64,000 nt of DNA from an uncultured delta proteobacterium. GTDB lineage: Bacteria; Desulfobacterota; Desulfobacteria; Desulfobacterales; JAHEIW01. Positions 30,527 to 41,115 of this stretch are shown here, piece after piece; the first letter of the stretch is position 1, and each line of letters begins with the position of its first letter. The translations under genes and the position numbers were made by a program. Below the pieces are notes generated by a model. It had not been told where the DNA came from. It was given only the letters and a program-made list of their open reading frames with translations, and ran no database searches. Location: NCBI GenBank assembly GCA_963706575.1, contig CAVPNL010000005.1, positions 256,001 through 320,000 of the forward strand, read 5' to 3'.

Positions 30527-31153
30527 TTATTTCGTGCCGAATATTTTATCGCCCGCATCTCCCAGGCCGGGTAATATATATCCGACGTCATTTAGTTTTT
30601 CATCTATCGCCGCCACCCATATTTCTACGTCGGGATGGGCGCTTTGCAGCTTTTCAATCCCTTCCGGTGCGGCAACCATAAATATCCCTTTGATCTGTTT
30701 GCAGCCGGATTCTTTTAAGAGGTCAATTGTTGCAATCACCGTCCCGCCGGTGGCCAGCATGGGGTCAAGAATCAGGGCAATACGTTCTTCCATCTGGCTG
30801 GTCATTTTGACGTAATACCTAACGGGCTCGAGAGTTTCCTCATTGCGGTATAATCCAACAACGCTGACTTTGGCGGTCGGTATAAGATTGAGGACGCCGT
30901 TCATCATGCCGAGCCCGGCCCGCAGGACCGGGACCACAGTGATCTTTTTACCTTTGATTTTTTCAACTTCAACAGAGCCTGCCCAGCCCTCAATGGTAAC
31001 GGCCTCTGTCTCCAAATGTTTAGTGGCTTCATAGGTTAAAAGATTGGCTAGCTCCGAAGCAAGATCTCTAAAATCTTTGGTTGTGATATTATTTTCGCGC
31101 ACAAGTGCTAATTTATGCTTTACTAGGGGGTGATCAACGACATGTACCGGCAC
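30527..31153 (-). CDS. upp: Uracil phosphoribosyltransferase
   Basis: GTG after [48 protein letters not shown]. Confidence 0.97.
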   Translation of the reverse strand: MPVHVVDHPLVKHKLALVRENNITTKDFRDLASELANLLTYEATKHLETEAVTIEGWAGSVEVEKIKGKKITVVPVLRAGLGMMNGVLNLIPTAKVSVVGLYRNEETLEPVRYYVKMTSQMEERIALILDPMLATGGTVIATIDLLKESGCKQIKGIFMVAAPEGIEKLQSAHPDVEIWVAAIDEKLNDVGYILPGLGDAGDKIFGTK

Positions 31154-31305
31154 GGCAACCTCCTTCTGTGTCAGGTTAAGGGTGTATGAGGTAACAGGCA
31201 GGACAAAACCGTACAAAAGGTGCAACAATATTGTGAGTCATTAATTGCAGCTTCGTATATGCAATTAATACCCCTGTGTCAAGCAAGAAGAAAATTTAAC
31301 CGGGG

Positions 31306-31608
31306 CTAAAATTCGCCTAAGGGCCGTTTAAAGGTATATGCGGCGGGTTCTTTGACGAGCTTTTTAGTCGCTACATCGACATTGTCGCCCAAGGCAGAGA
31401 ATGGCAGGCTAATGAGCCAAACAGCTGATCCGACGACTGTGGCAACCAATCCGGCAGGTCGGATGATAAACATATCATACATCATCGCGTCGCCGCCGGG
31501 CTCTTGCGTCTCAAAATATTCCTGGGCCAGGGCTGAAGTTGCGAAGGGCACAGCAATCAAGGCTGTGATCACTCCGAAGACTACCCATGATTTTGCATTT
31601 TTTCGCAT
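31306..31608 (-). CDS. Hypothetical exported/membrane protein
   Basis: AGGAGG RBS; signal peptide; MMYD..IIRP.GL...LPFSALG...YTF.RPLG. Confidence 0.75.
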   Translation of the reverse strand: MRKNAKSWVVFGVITALIAVPFATSALAQEYFETQEPGGDAMMYDMFIIRPAGLVATVVGSAVWLISLPFSALGDNVDVATKKLVKEPAAYTFKRPLGEF

Positions 31609-31905
31609 AACTGCCTCCTTGTGACATGCATCGACCGGTATTGAAATTTCTTTAGAATTATTTTCGATAGAAACCGTACATGCAAATCAGATAAAGCCGA
31701 CCTGCCGGCCGCCTTCATTTTTAAGATTAGCCGTTAAGAAACAGATAGGGTTGAATCCATTTCAACTCGGCGCTATATTAGATGACATCATTATCAGTAA
31801 ATCAAATTTCTTGAAAAATTTCAACTATTAAACGTTTTTGCACATTACCGGGCAGAATCGCCCGGGCTTTTTTTCATACAAAGCCCGCTGTCCCGCTTTA
31901 TCCAG

Positions 31906-34347
31906 ATGACTGCTAAAAATTCATATATTGAAGTTGCGGTTGCAATACCCGTTAATCATACCTTCACCTACAGTGTTCCGCAGTTCCTATTGCCTTTTGT
32001 AGCGGCCGGAAAGCGGGTCCTCGTGCCATTTGGTCAACGCAGGGTAACCGGCTATATTTTGGGACCTTCGCAAGATTCCGCGACGGCTGAAATCAAGCAT
32101 ATTTTGGATGTGCTCGATGAACAACCCCTGTTTGAGTCGGCGATGATTTCTTTTTTCAAATGGATTTCAGACTACTATAAACATCCTATCGGTGATGTAA
32201 TCAAAAATGCGTTGCCGGGCGGCCTGACGCTTTATGATTATGCCTCGATAACGATTACACCGCAGGGCAAGCAGGTGTTAAAAAGCGATGTGATCAATCC
32301 ATTAGAAAGGGCGGTCCTGGAACTGATTGATTCCGGGCCATGTCGTCTGAATTATTTGAACCGCAAGCTGAATCAGGTGGTGCCCGCAGCCCTTATCCAT
32401 TCGCTTCAACGCAGTGGATATATATTAAAGACCCGAGAGTTAAGGGAAGCTTCGATAAAGACCCGTCAGGAGCGGTTTTTCGCTCTGACAGATCCTGTTC
32501 CCGCTCTGGATCGGCTTTCGAAACCCCGTAAAAAGATCATTGAGATCCTCGGCAATCAGGGCGAAATTTCGATGTCCGAACTCAAAAAGCATGTGCCAAC
32601 CGCAGCGCGTCTGGTTCGGGCGCTTGAAAATGACGGATACCTAACGGTTCGGCATAAACGGGTTTATCGAGATCCATTTGGAGAGCCTATTCGCGCTGAC
32701 ATCCCCCCCACTCTGAACACCGAGCAGCAAACGGTCGTCTTACAAATCGTTGATTCTCTAAATAAAGGGTTTTCAACCTTTCTCTTGCAGGGGGTCACCG
32801 GCAGCGGTAAAACCGAAGTCTACATGCAGGTTGCTGCTGAAACCCTCAAACAGGGAAAGTCCGTTTTAGTGCTGGTACCGGAGATTGCGCTCATCACCCA
32901 GATGGAGAGGCGATTTCGAGCCCGATTCGGCCAACGCATTGCCGTGCTTCACAGTGGTCTTTCAGCCGGTGAGCGCTATGATCAATGGAGCCGTATTTTA
33001 CAGCAAAAAGCGGATATAGCCATTGGCGCGCGATCGGCCATTTTCGCCCCGTTTCCAGAAGTGGGGCTTTTGATCGTAGATGAAGAGCACGATAGCTCCT
33101 ATAAACAGGAAAATAATTTGCGGTATAATGCCAGGGATCTTGCAGTGGTCAGGGCTAAACTCAATGATTGCGTGGCCCTGCTGGGATCAGCGACGCCTTC
33201 GATTCAGACCTGTTATAATGCTTTCGCAAAGAAATTTATTCAACTTAACCTAAAGCAGCGCATCGAAAACCGCCCGTTGCCTGATATAAAAATCGTTGAC
33301 CTTCGTGAAAACCTGGGGTACCGGGGAGTGCAGCGGTTCATTACGCCGGTGTTGCAACAGGCCATCAAAGACACGCTTGATCGTGACCAACAGGTGCTGC
33401 TCTTTTTAAACCGCCGCGGGTTTGCCAATTTTGCACTCTGTCAATCATGCGGACAGCCGCAGCGCTGCAAACATTGTGATATTTCCCTTACCTATCATCA
33501 GAAGGCCAATGCATTTAAATGTCATTACTGTGGATTTTCCCGTGCGGCAACATCCCGTTGCGACATTTGCGGATCTTCTAAAATAAGGAAATTGGGGCTC
33601 GGCACCGAAAAAATTGAGACCACGGTCCACAAACTTTTTCCCGACGCCCGGGTTGCCCGCATGGATCGGGATACCACCTCAAGGAAGGGGGCCATTGTCA
33701 AATTGCTTAAAGGTCTCAAAGATCAAACCATTGATATCCTTGTCGGAACTCAAATGGTAGCTAAAGGCCACGATTTTCCAAATATTACCCTGGTGGGAAT
33801 CATCTGCGCTGATCTTTCGCTGAACTTTCCCGATTTTAGAGCCGGCGAACGGACGTTTCAACTTCTGGCGCAGGTGGCCGGGCGGGCGGGAAGAGGGTCT
33901 TTTCCGGGGCGGGTCATTCTGCAAACCTACAATTCGGAACACTTCAGTATATTGGCTGCCAGAGATCAGGATTTTAATTCTTTTTACCATCAGGAGATCA
34001 CTTTTCGCAAAGCCTTAAATTATCCTCCGTTTTCAAGAATGATCCAACTTAAGATCTCCGGCAAAGATCCGGCGCTGACCCGAAATTACGCACACCAATT
34101 GGGCGATAGATGCCGGACGCTGAAAACGTCAAATTCATCGCTTTACGGCAGCGTTGAAATCATGGGACCGATTGAATCATCCCTGACAAAAGTCGCCCGG
34201 CGATATCGATGGCAAATCCTTTTAAAAGGCAGGTATGCCAGGGCCTTGCATCAATTTGCCAGTCAGCTTCTGGCTGAAAATTCCAGCGTGTTTCATAATA
34301 GCCGGGTGAGGGTGGTTGTAGACGTAGATCCCGTCTCTCTCCTGTAA
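31906..34347 (+). CDS. priA: Primosomal protein N' (replication restart helicase)
   Basis: GVTGSGKTEVY, DEEHDSSYKQ, four CxxC pairs, GTQMVAKGHDFP, QVAGRAGR. Confidence 0.97.
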   Translation: MTAKNSYIEVAVAIPVNHTFTYSVPQFLLPFVAAGKRVLVPFGQRRVTGYILGPSQDSATAEIKHILDVLDEQPLFESAMISFFKWISDYYKHPIGDVIKNALPGGLTLYDYASITITPQGKQVLKSDVINPLERAVLELIDSGPCRLNYLNRKLNQVVPAALIHSLQRSGYILKTRELREASIKTRQERFFALTDPVPALDRLSKPRKKIIEILGNQGEISMSELKKHVPTAARLVRALENDGYLTVRHKRVYRDPFGEPIRADIPPTLNTEQQTVVLQIVDSLNKGFSTFLLQGVTGSGKTEVYMQVAAETLKQGKSVLVLVPEIALITQMERRFRARFGQRIAVLHSGLSAGERYDQWSRILQQKADIAIGARSAIFAPFPEVGLLIVDEEHDSSYKQENNLRYNARDLAVVRAKLNDCVALLGSATPSIQTCYNAFAKKFIQLNLKQRIENRPLPDIKIVDLRENLGYRGVQRFITPVLQQAIKDTLDRDQQVLLFLNRRGFANFALCQSCGQPQRCKHCDISLTYHQKANAFKCHYCGFSRAATSRCDICGSSKIRKLGLGTEKIETTVHKLFPDARVARMDRDTTSRKGAIVKLLKGLKDQTIDILVGTQMVAKGHDFPNITLVGIICADLSLNFPDFRAGERTFQLLAQVAGRAGRGSFPGRVILQTYNSEHFSILAARDQDFNSFYHQEITFRKALNYPPFSRMIQLKISGKDPALTRNYAHQLGDRCRTLKTSNSSLYGSVEIMGPIESSLTKVARRYRWQILLKGRYARALHQFASQLLAENSSVFHNSRVRVVVDVDPVSLL

Positions 34348-34499
34348 ACCGGTTTAATAGCATTCACCCTTTGCCCGAGGGCTATGCTGCCCCGCAAGCA
34401 TTTGCGGGATTTTACATCGAGCCAACTTGACAGCAATCGTTTGAAATCATAAAATTTATAGATTGGGTAAATTTTGAATCCAGAGAAGGAGTATGGTTA

Positions 34500-35573
34500 A
34501 TGCCAAAAAAGGGACGAGTTGTTCTAATATTGTTATTGGTTGTGGTTTGTCTCAGCGCGTATGCGTATGGGGACAAAAGCGACGACGGGCGCGTCAACCT
34601 ATCAACTGTCTATTTCAAAAAAGATTCTGCGGGGATTGCAACGGAATTCGAAGATGACCTCAAGAAGGTTCAGGCAGCACTCGCAGCGGACCCAGCCATC
34701 GGTTTGCAAATAGAAGGCTATGGCCGGAATTCCGGCACACCTGAAAAAAATCGCACGATTTCGCAGAAACGAGCCGAGGCGGTGCAGCAGTGGTTTGTAA
34801 CCCACGGTGTCGATGCGAGTCGGATGGTGATCAAAAGCTTAGGCGATTCTGAGCCGGCAAGCGGGAAGGATAAGCCCGACGATCCCGCACTGGCCGAGCG
34901 CGTCGAGATTTTGCAGGTTTCTTTAAAACTGCCTTTGGCCCATCTGCCGGCCCTGCGTTATGAATTTGAGCCGATTTTGGAGGGCCGCCAAGTCACTCAC
35001 GATTTTGTCGTTCAGAACAAAGGTTCGGCAACGCTTGAGATTCAAAAAGTCAAAACCGACTGAGGATGCACGGCTGTCTCTTATACGAGGCAGATCCCTC
35101 CCGGCGGCGAGGGAAAAGTTACCCTGAAGGTTAGCACCAATCACAAAGGCGGCAAAAAAATACTAAAGAGCGCGACTATTTATACCAACGACAAAAAGAG
35201 TCCGCGACTGAAGCTTTCAATCATCGGAGAGGTTGAAAAATTTGTTACGATTCATCCCAGCCAGGTTCGATTGCATGGCGTTGCCGGACAAGTGCTAAAA
35301 AGAAGGGTGACCATCATACCCACACCAAAGTATCCTTTCAAAATCATAAAGACTCGTGTCAGGGAGGGCAAGGACATTTCCTATCAACTGTCGGAGGAAA
35401 AAAGTGAAAACGGGCACAAATATGCGCTGACCGTTGAAAATAAAAGGATACAGAAGGGGAGTTATTTCGATATCATTACGCTGGAAACCGACAGCAAGAT
35501 TCAGCCTGAACTTCAAATCCGAGTTTATGGTCAACTCCGGCAGCCAACTGAAAAAGAAAAAAAAGGTGATTAG
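34500..35573 (+). CDS. Exported OmpA-like + DUF1573 Ig-like protein; probable selenocysteine at TGA 35061-35063 (357 aa read-through)
   Basis: Frame stays open past TGA: KVKTD-U-GCTAVSYTRQIPPGGEGKVTLKV...IYTND..., in frame with ORF 35271..35573; matches the DUF1573 V.xxCGCT..I.PG.G motif; N-terminal OmpA-C motif N..ISQKRAEAV. Confidence 0.8.
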
Positions 35574-35889
35574 AAGCTATCTCAAAATTAGCAGTTGACC
35601 TCGGAAGACAGAGAAAAAAAGTTTCCACGGTGCTCTAAATTTAGAATTGCCTAAAATGCCTAAAATGATCTAAAATGCCTAAAGTTGAGGAATTCTTTCC
35701 TATTTATAATAAAAGATGTAGCGACCACCTGGCGTACACGCCGCGTAAGCGCTGGCACAGCGCGAGCGCAATCTTAATTTTAGGCATTTTAGATCATTTT
35801 TAATTTTAGCTCATTTATTGTTATAAGCACCTTTTATAGTTTTAGAACTTTACTATCGGGTGTTAAATATATTTTTGAGATAGCTTCTA
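35571..35889. mobile_element. MITE-like element, copy A, with nested CTAAAATG repeat core
   Basis: Perfect 17-bp TIR TAGAAGCTATCTCAAAA / TTTTGAGATAGCTTCTA; similar along its length to 38422..38727. Confidence 0.85.
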
Positions 35890-35899
35890 TTAGATTCGT

Positions 35900-36517
35900 A
35901 TGAAAAATCTTAAAGTAATTGTCTTTGATTGCGACGGTGTGCTTTTCGATACCGAAGCGGCCAACCGTGCCTATTACAATCAAATCTTAAAGCATTTTGG
36001 CAAACCGGTGATGACAACGGAGCAGTTTGTCTATGCCCATCAGCACACCTTAAATGAAGCCATAGCGCATTTATTTGATAATGAAGAAAACATTGCTGCC
36101 GTACACGCCTATCGCCAGACAATGGATTACAATCGATTTCTTAAATTATTGAGAATTGAGCCTCATCTGGTTGCGCTGCTCTCAAAGATCAAACCCAAAA
36201 TGAAAACCGCCATTGCCACCAACCGTTCCGACTCCATGGACCGGCTGCTGGCTGAATTTAACTTAACCGAACAGTTTGATCTGGTGGTGACTTCATTCGA
36301 TATCCCGCGTCCAAAGCCCCATCCGGACTCACTGCTTAAAATATTGTCCTATTTCAACATTGTGCCCCACCAGGCCCTATACGTCGGTGATTCGCAGGTA
36401 GACGCCGAGGCGGCCGTTGCCGCAGAGATTCCTTTTGTGGCCTATCGCAATGAAACATTGCCTACCCAATATCACATCGAAAACTTAAAAGACCTTGAAG
36501 AATTACTGGAGGTGTAA
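35900..36517 (+). CDS. HAD-superfamily hydrolase (phosphoglycolate-phosphatase-like)
   Basis: FDCDGVLFD, ATNR, KPHPD, YVGDS..D. Confidence 0.9.
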   Translation: MKNLKVIVFDCDGVLFDTEAANRAYYNQILKHFGKPVMTTEQFVYAHQHTLNEAIAHLFDNEENIAAVHAYRQTMDYNRFLKLLRIEPHLVALLSKIKPKMKTAIATNRSDSMDRLLAEFNLTEQFDLVVTSFDIPRPKPHPDSLLKILSYFNIVPHQALYVGDSQVDAEAAVAAEIPFVAYRNETLPTQYHIENLKDLEELLEV

Positions 36518-36519
36518 AT

Positions 36520-36858
36520 ATGTCGGATGAACCTGCTGAATTAAACAAAGAGGAAGAAATCACTAAGGACGATGATGACTGGGAAAACCGGGTTTTGTGC
36601 AGCGATGAAAGCTGTATCGGCGTGATCGGGCCAGATGGTCGCTGTAAAGAATGCGGCAAATCTTCCAAAGAATCGCCAGTCGGAGAAAAAGAAGCAGCCC
36701 AAAGCGACAACACGCCGCAGGAAGACCTTGATGAGCGGCCGGCGCCTCAGTTCAACGATGATTGGGAGAACCGCACTTTATGCGGTGATGAAAGCTGTAT
36801 CGGCGTGATCGGCCCCGATGGCCGCTGCAAAGAATGCGGCAAGCCATACGATGGATAA
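36520..36858 (+). CDS. Acidic protein with two Cys4 repeats
   Basis: GGAGGT RBS; twice DDWENRxLCxDESCIGVIGPDGRCKECGK. Confidence 0.8.
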   Translation: MSDEPAELNKEEEITKDDDDWENRVLCSDESCIGVIGPDGRCKECGKSSKESPVGEKEAAQSDNTPQEDLDERPAPQFNDDWENRTLCGDESCIGVIGPDGRCKECGKPYDG

Positions 36859-36953
36859 CTTTGACGAATTCACGTTATCCTGCTAAAATTTGCTTAAGGA
36901 CCTGTAGCCGAAAAGAAGCTTAATACACCGAGAGGTTTTCATTTTAAATTAAG

Positions 36954-37098
36954 TTTGGAGTATTGGAGTACTGGAGCACTTAAGATTTCGGAATGCAAAT
37001 TTCGGATTTCGGATTTTGAGCGTGCGATGCATTTGATATTTCAATCCGCAATCTAAAATCCGCAATTGATTTTACTCCATCGCTCCAGTACTCCAGTA
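36954..37098. repeat. Composite short-unit inverted repeat, homologous to 6983..7090
   Basis: tggagtattggagtactggagc..gatttcggaatgc..atttcggatttcggattt / caatccgcaatctaaaatccgcaat..tactccatcgctccagtactcca. Confidence 0.85.
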
Positions 37099-37121
37099 AG
37101 CGTCGAGGACTAAAGCAATCC

Positions 37122-38330
37122 GTGTATTTACTAGATCTCATTCCTGCACCCACCTGGCGAGATATCGTCGATATTCTTTTTCTTACCATTGTTGCCTATC
37201 AACTTTACGTGTGGTTCCGCGAAAGTCGTGCTCTGCGGGTTATCATTGGCCTGGTGGCCCTGGGCGGCATTTATTCGATTGCCAAATTCTGGGATCTTTT
37301 TCTGACGACCTGGGTCTTTCAAATTTTGTGGCAAGTACTTCTCATTCTGTTGCTGATACTGTTCCAGGCAGAAATTCGTCAGGTATTGGAAAAGGTCAGT
37401 CCGATGAGGTATCTGCGTTCTCGCCGGCGTGTCTTTAAAAAAACATTTGCGAAAGAATTAACCCAGACGTTGTTTGAAATGGCGGCAGAGCGAACCGGTG
37501 CGCTCATTGTGCTTGCCCGAAATGACAACCCCTCCGAATTTGTCCGCGCCGGCCAAACGATTATGGCACTTCCGGAGGCGGCGTTGATCAAAAGCATTTT
37601 TAACCGCTATGCCCCTGCTCATGACGGTGCGATCGTTATCGTCCAAGATCGTATCACCCAAATGGGATGCATCCTGCCGCTGTCCGAAGATGAGAGTTTG
37701 CCTGAGAAATACGGCACCCGGCATCGGGCGGCTCTGGGGCTGTCCGAAGTCACAGATGCTATATGCTTGGTGGTATCTGAAGAACGTTCGGAGGTTGCGA
37801 CAGTTGTTGAAGGAAAAATCGCAACCTGGAAGGATCCTGAGGCCCTGATTGGCCATCTCAGCAAAATCGTCAGTGGACCCGAAATCCGGGTGCCGGGCAT
37901 AAAAAGTTTTCTCAAGGGGGTTTTCGTCGAAAATTGGCGGACCAAATTAAGCGCGCTGGCGCTTGTCACCATTGCGTGGCTCGTTTTGGCCAGCCAGCAG
38001 GAAGCAGAGCTTACCATGACCGCACCGGTGCAACACACCAACTTTGAGTCCGATCTGATGTTAGGCCCGGGATCAACGCCCACGGTCGATTTAACCGTAT
38101 CCGGCCGTCGTAATACAATCCGCACCCTGAAGGAGCAGGATGTTCAGGTCAGTGTCGACTTGAGTGGCATCACTTTCGGCCGGCATTTGATCAAGGTATC
38201 AGCCAAAAATATATTTTTGCCTTTCGGCGTCAAAATCGACCGGGTAGCACCGCAAAAAATTATGGTTAATCTGCGGCAGCGCCCCAAAGATTCTGAGCAT
38301 GGCTCCGGTCAACCATCCCCTGATCTGTAG
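37122..38330 (+). CDS. Diadenylate cyclase (CdaA/DacA type) fused to a TM + YbbR-like domain
   Basis: N-terminal TMs, FQAEIR, HDGA and GTRHRAA catalytic motifs, VVSEE; then NW..KL.AL TM and V.LTVSG..V.VDLS...G YbbR-like region. Confidence 0.88.
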   Translation: MYLLDLIPAPTWRDIVDILFLTIVAYQLYVWFRESRALRVIIGLVALGGIYSIAKFWDLFLTTWVFQILWQVLLILLLILFQAEIRQVLEKVSPMRYLRSRRRVFKKTFAKELTQTLFEMAAERTGALIVLARNDNPSEFVRAGQTIMALPEAALIKSIFNRYAPAHDGAIVIVQDRITQMGCILPLSEDESLPEKYGTRHRAALGLSEVTDAICLVVSEERSEVATVVEGKIATWKDPEALIGHLSKIVSGPEIRVPGIKSFLKGVFVENWRTKLSALALVTIAWLVLASQQEAELTMTAPVQHTNFESDLMLGPGSTPTVDLTVSGRRNTIRTLKEQDVQVSVDLSGITFGRHLIKVSAKNIFLPFGVKIDRVAPQKIMVNLRQRPKDSEHGSGQPSPDL

Positions 38331-38421
38331 CGCGATTTTAGGCTACCAGATCCACAAACTCTCGCCCTATATTCATTATCCTATTCTATAGCTAATCCAA
38401 AAACTCAGATCTCAGTAAATC

Positions 38422-38727
38422 TATAAGCTATCTCAAAATTAGCAGCTCATCTTGGAAGACAGAGAAAAAAGTTGCAGAGGTGCTTGAAAGTTAGAAGTGC
38501 CTAAAGTGACTAAAATGATCTAAAATGTCTAAAGTTGAAAAATTCTGTCATATTTATAATAAGAGAGGTAGCGCCACGCGGCGCAAACGCCTGCGCTGCG
38601 CGAGCGCGACCATAATTTTAGGCATTTTAGATCATTTTTAATTTTAGCCCATTTGGTGTTGTACAAACTTTTTTTCGATTTAAAACTGTACCATCGGGTG
38701 TTAAATGCATTTTTGAGATGGCTTCTA
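38422..38727. mobile_element. MITE-like element, copy B
   Basis: TATAAGCTATCTCAAAA / TTTTGAGATGGCTTCTA ends; internal similarity to copy A. Confidence 0.85.
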
Positions 38728-38762
38728 ATATATTTATAATCTCTTATAGAAATTTCGGGATG

Positions 38763-40451
38763 TTAATTTGCGGGCAGCCGAATCGTAAAAATCGCTCCAC
38801 CGTCGTTGGAATTTTCAGCAACAATGTAGCCTTTGTGATCCTCAATGATACCATGGCATATGGATAAGCCCACGCCCATACCCATGGTTTTTTTCTTGGT
38901 GAAAAAGGGATCAAAAATGTGCTCCAAATCTTTTTTGGAGATACCCGGCCCGGAGTCTTTGACTTTGATAATCAGTTCCTCATCCTGATTGAAGGTGTCG
39001 ATAAAGATATTTCCGCTATGGGTCGGAACCTCTTTTAGCTTTTCCTGAAATTCCGGAGCCCCGGTAATGGATTCGACCGCATTATTAATCAGATTCATAA
39101 GGACCTGCCCCAGTTGTTGCGGTGAACCCGTCAACCTGGGGAATTTAGCCGCTAGATTCAGATTGATTTTTACGCGGCTTTTTGTCAGATAACTGCGAAC
39201 CAGCATGGAGGTATTCTCGATAATCTGATTGATATCGATCGGTTGTTTTTTCTCTTTGCCCGGCCGATTCAGATCGATCAGGTTTCGTACCGTGTCACGA
39301 ATGCTTTCAAACGCACTTTTAACCAGATCCAGCTTTTCCAATAACTTCTTATCCTTTTTGTATTTTGTTTGAATAACATTGAGCAGCGCTGTAATTCCCT
39401 GAAGCGGTGAATTGATTTCGTGTGCAATAGAGGCCGCCAGCTGGCCGGTGGCTGCCAGCCTTTCGGAGCGGATCAGCTGATTTTGAAGCATTTTCGTCTG
39501 GGTGACATCACGGGCGACACATAGAAAACAAAATTCACCCAGATAGGAAACGTATCGGCAATTGATTTCATTGGGAATAAGACTTTCGTCTTTGGCTTTC
39601 AGGCTCAGTTCAAATCGGTCTTCCTTTTCCCGGCTGACCTGCTTCATCATTTTTTGCACAAAGGGGACTTGATCGGTTTCGACCAGATCGGTGATATTAA
39701 GAGCCAGGAGTTCTTCTTTGCTATATCCCGTGCTTTCAAGAACCCGTTCGTTTGATTCAATCAGCTGTCCGTCGCGATTGAATATAAAAACACCCTCGGC
39801 GACATTGTCAAAAAGTTCTTTATATCGCATGAGCTCTTCGGCTTGCTTGAACTCGGTTGTATTGGTTGCAATGATGGTTGCCGCAACGACTCTGCCGCTG
39901 ATTCGCAGCGGACCGACGCGGTAGGTATGCCAGACGAGGTCGTTGCTTTCGCCCGCCCGGACTTCGAAACTATCGGTTTCTCCAGTGCGAAACACACTTT
40001 CGACACTGTCGATTGCCATCTCCTGATATTCCAACGGCAGAAATTCATAGAAACATCTGCCGATGGTTTGATCTGTTGAAAGCACGCCGGTGGACTGATT
40101 GACAAAGCGGATGATGCCATCGCGATCGACAGTGGTGATGATGTCCGGTGCAGTTTCCACCAGCGAGCGCCACAGTTCTTCTGATTCATCCAACTTTTTT
40201 TTGGCCAGTTTCAGCTTATTGATGATCGACTGCGCATGTGATCCAAAAATAATGAACAGGCATAGCACGACCACCCGGATATAAACATCATAAAGGTCCG
40301 GGCCGAAGAGTTCCGCGATTAAATTAAACTTATTGGAAAAAAACAGATTCAATATCGAATCCAGAACCCAGTAAATGGTCGCAATTAGAGCTACGGCCAG
40401 GACCATATTATCTGATAAACTTTCGCTATCAAATATAAGTTCGGTTTTCAT
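38763..40451 (-). CDS. Membrane PAS-PAS sensor histidine kinase
   Basis: 2 TM, two PAS, IAHEINSPL, NLINNA, DSGPGI, FDPFFT, GVGLS. Confidence 0.92.
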   Translation of the reverse strand: MKTELIFDSESLSDNMVLAVALIATIYWVLDSILNLFFSNKFNLIAELFGPDLYDVYIRVVVLCLFIIFGSHAQSIINKLKLAKKKLDESEELWRSLVETAPDIITTVDRDGIIRFVNQSTGVLSTDQTIGRCFYEFLPLEYQEMAIDSVESVFRTGETDSFEVRAGESNDLVWHTYRVGPLRISGRVVAATIIATNTTEFKQAEELMRYKELFDNVAEGVFIFNRDGQLIESNERVLESTGYSKEELLALNITDLVETDQVPFVQKMMKQVSREKEDRFELSLKAKDESLIPNEINCRYVSYLGEFCFLCVARDVTQTKMLQNQLIRSERLAATGQLAASIAHEINSPLQGITALLNVIQTKYKKDKKLLEKLDLVKSAFESIRDTVRNLIDLNRPGKEKKQPIDINQIIENTSMLVRSYLTKSRVKINLNLAAKFPRLTGSPQQLGQVLMNLINNAVESITGAPEFQEKLKEVPTHSGNIFIDTFNQDEELIIKVKDSGPGISKKDLEHIFDPFFTKKKTMGMGVGLSICHGIIEDHKGYIVAENSNDGGAIFTIRLPAN

Positions 40452-40654
40452 TTTTCATCTCGCTTTAAAATAATTCCAGATTCTTTTTTTTGTTCGTGTT
40501 TTCCTGCTGGCGGTCAATAAAAATTTTTATGACTGATTTGTTGTACCGGATGGCATAGAATATAGCTTAGATAATAATCGTTTTAGCCTAATTTGAATTT
40601 GATGGAAAATCAATTAAAATAAAAAAGGGAAACCATGCTTTATCGGCTCCGCAT

Positions 40655-40930
40655 TTATTTTCGCGAATTCATATAAAATAACATACGCGCTGCCCACTTT
40701 TCCTTATGCGTCACACACACATCCCCTTGGTCGTCCCGCGTGGCAATGACGACACCAAAATCTTCCGGCGACAGATGGCCGCATGCATCGCCCGACCACT
40801 CAGAAAAGTCCGGGTTCACGGAAATGAATTTTTCCAGGACATCAGCCGTTACTGAGATGCTGCAGCCCATTTCCGGTATTACAATCGTATCATTTTCTTT
40901 TTTATCATCGTGAACGTAAAAGGCAATCAT
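40655..40930 (-). CDS. Hypothetical protein
   Basis: 91 aa, AGGAGGA RBS. Confidence 0.65.
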   Translation of the reverse strand: MIAFYVHDDKKENDTIVIPEMGCSISVTADVLEKFISVNPDFSEWSGDACGHLSPEDFGVVIATRDDQGDVCVTHKEKWAARMLFYMNSRK

Positions 40931-41115
40931 GATTCCTCCTTGTTTGGAAAATGACGGGTTAACTTATTATAAGTCAGGCAGGGTCCAATTGCGAGATCCG
41001 GATCGATCCGATCACCCATCGGTTCGTTTTTGGCAAAGAGAAAAGAAATTTCAGTTGATTTTTGGCGCGAGATGGAATAAAAGAGGCCGTGGTACTTTAA
41101 TGATTGGAGGATTCA

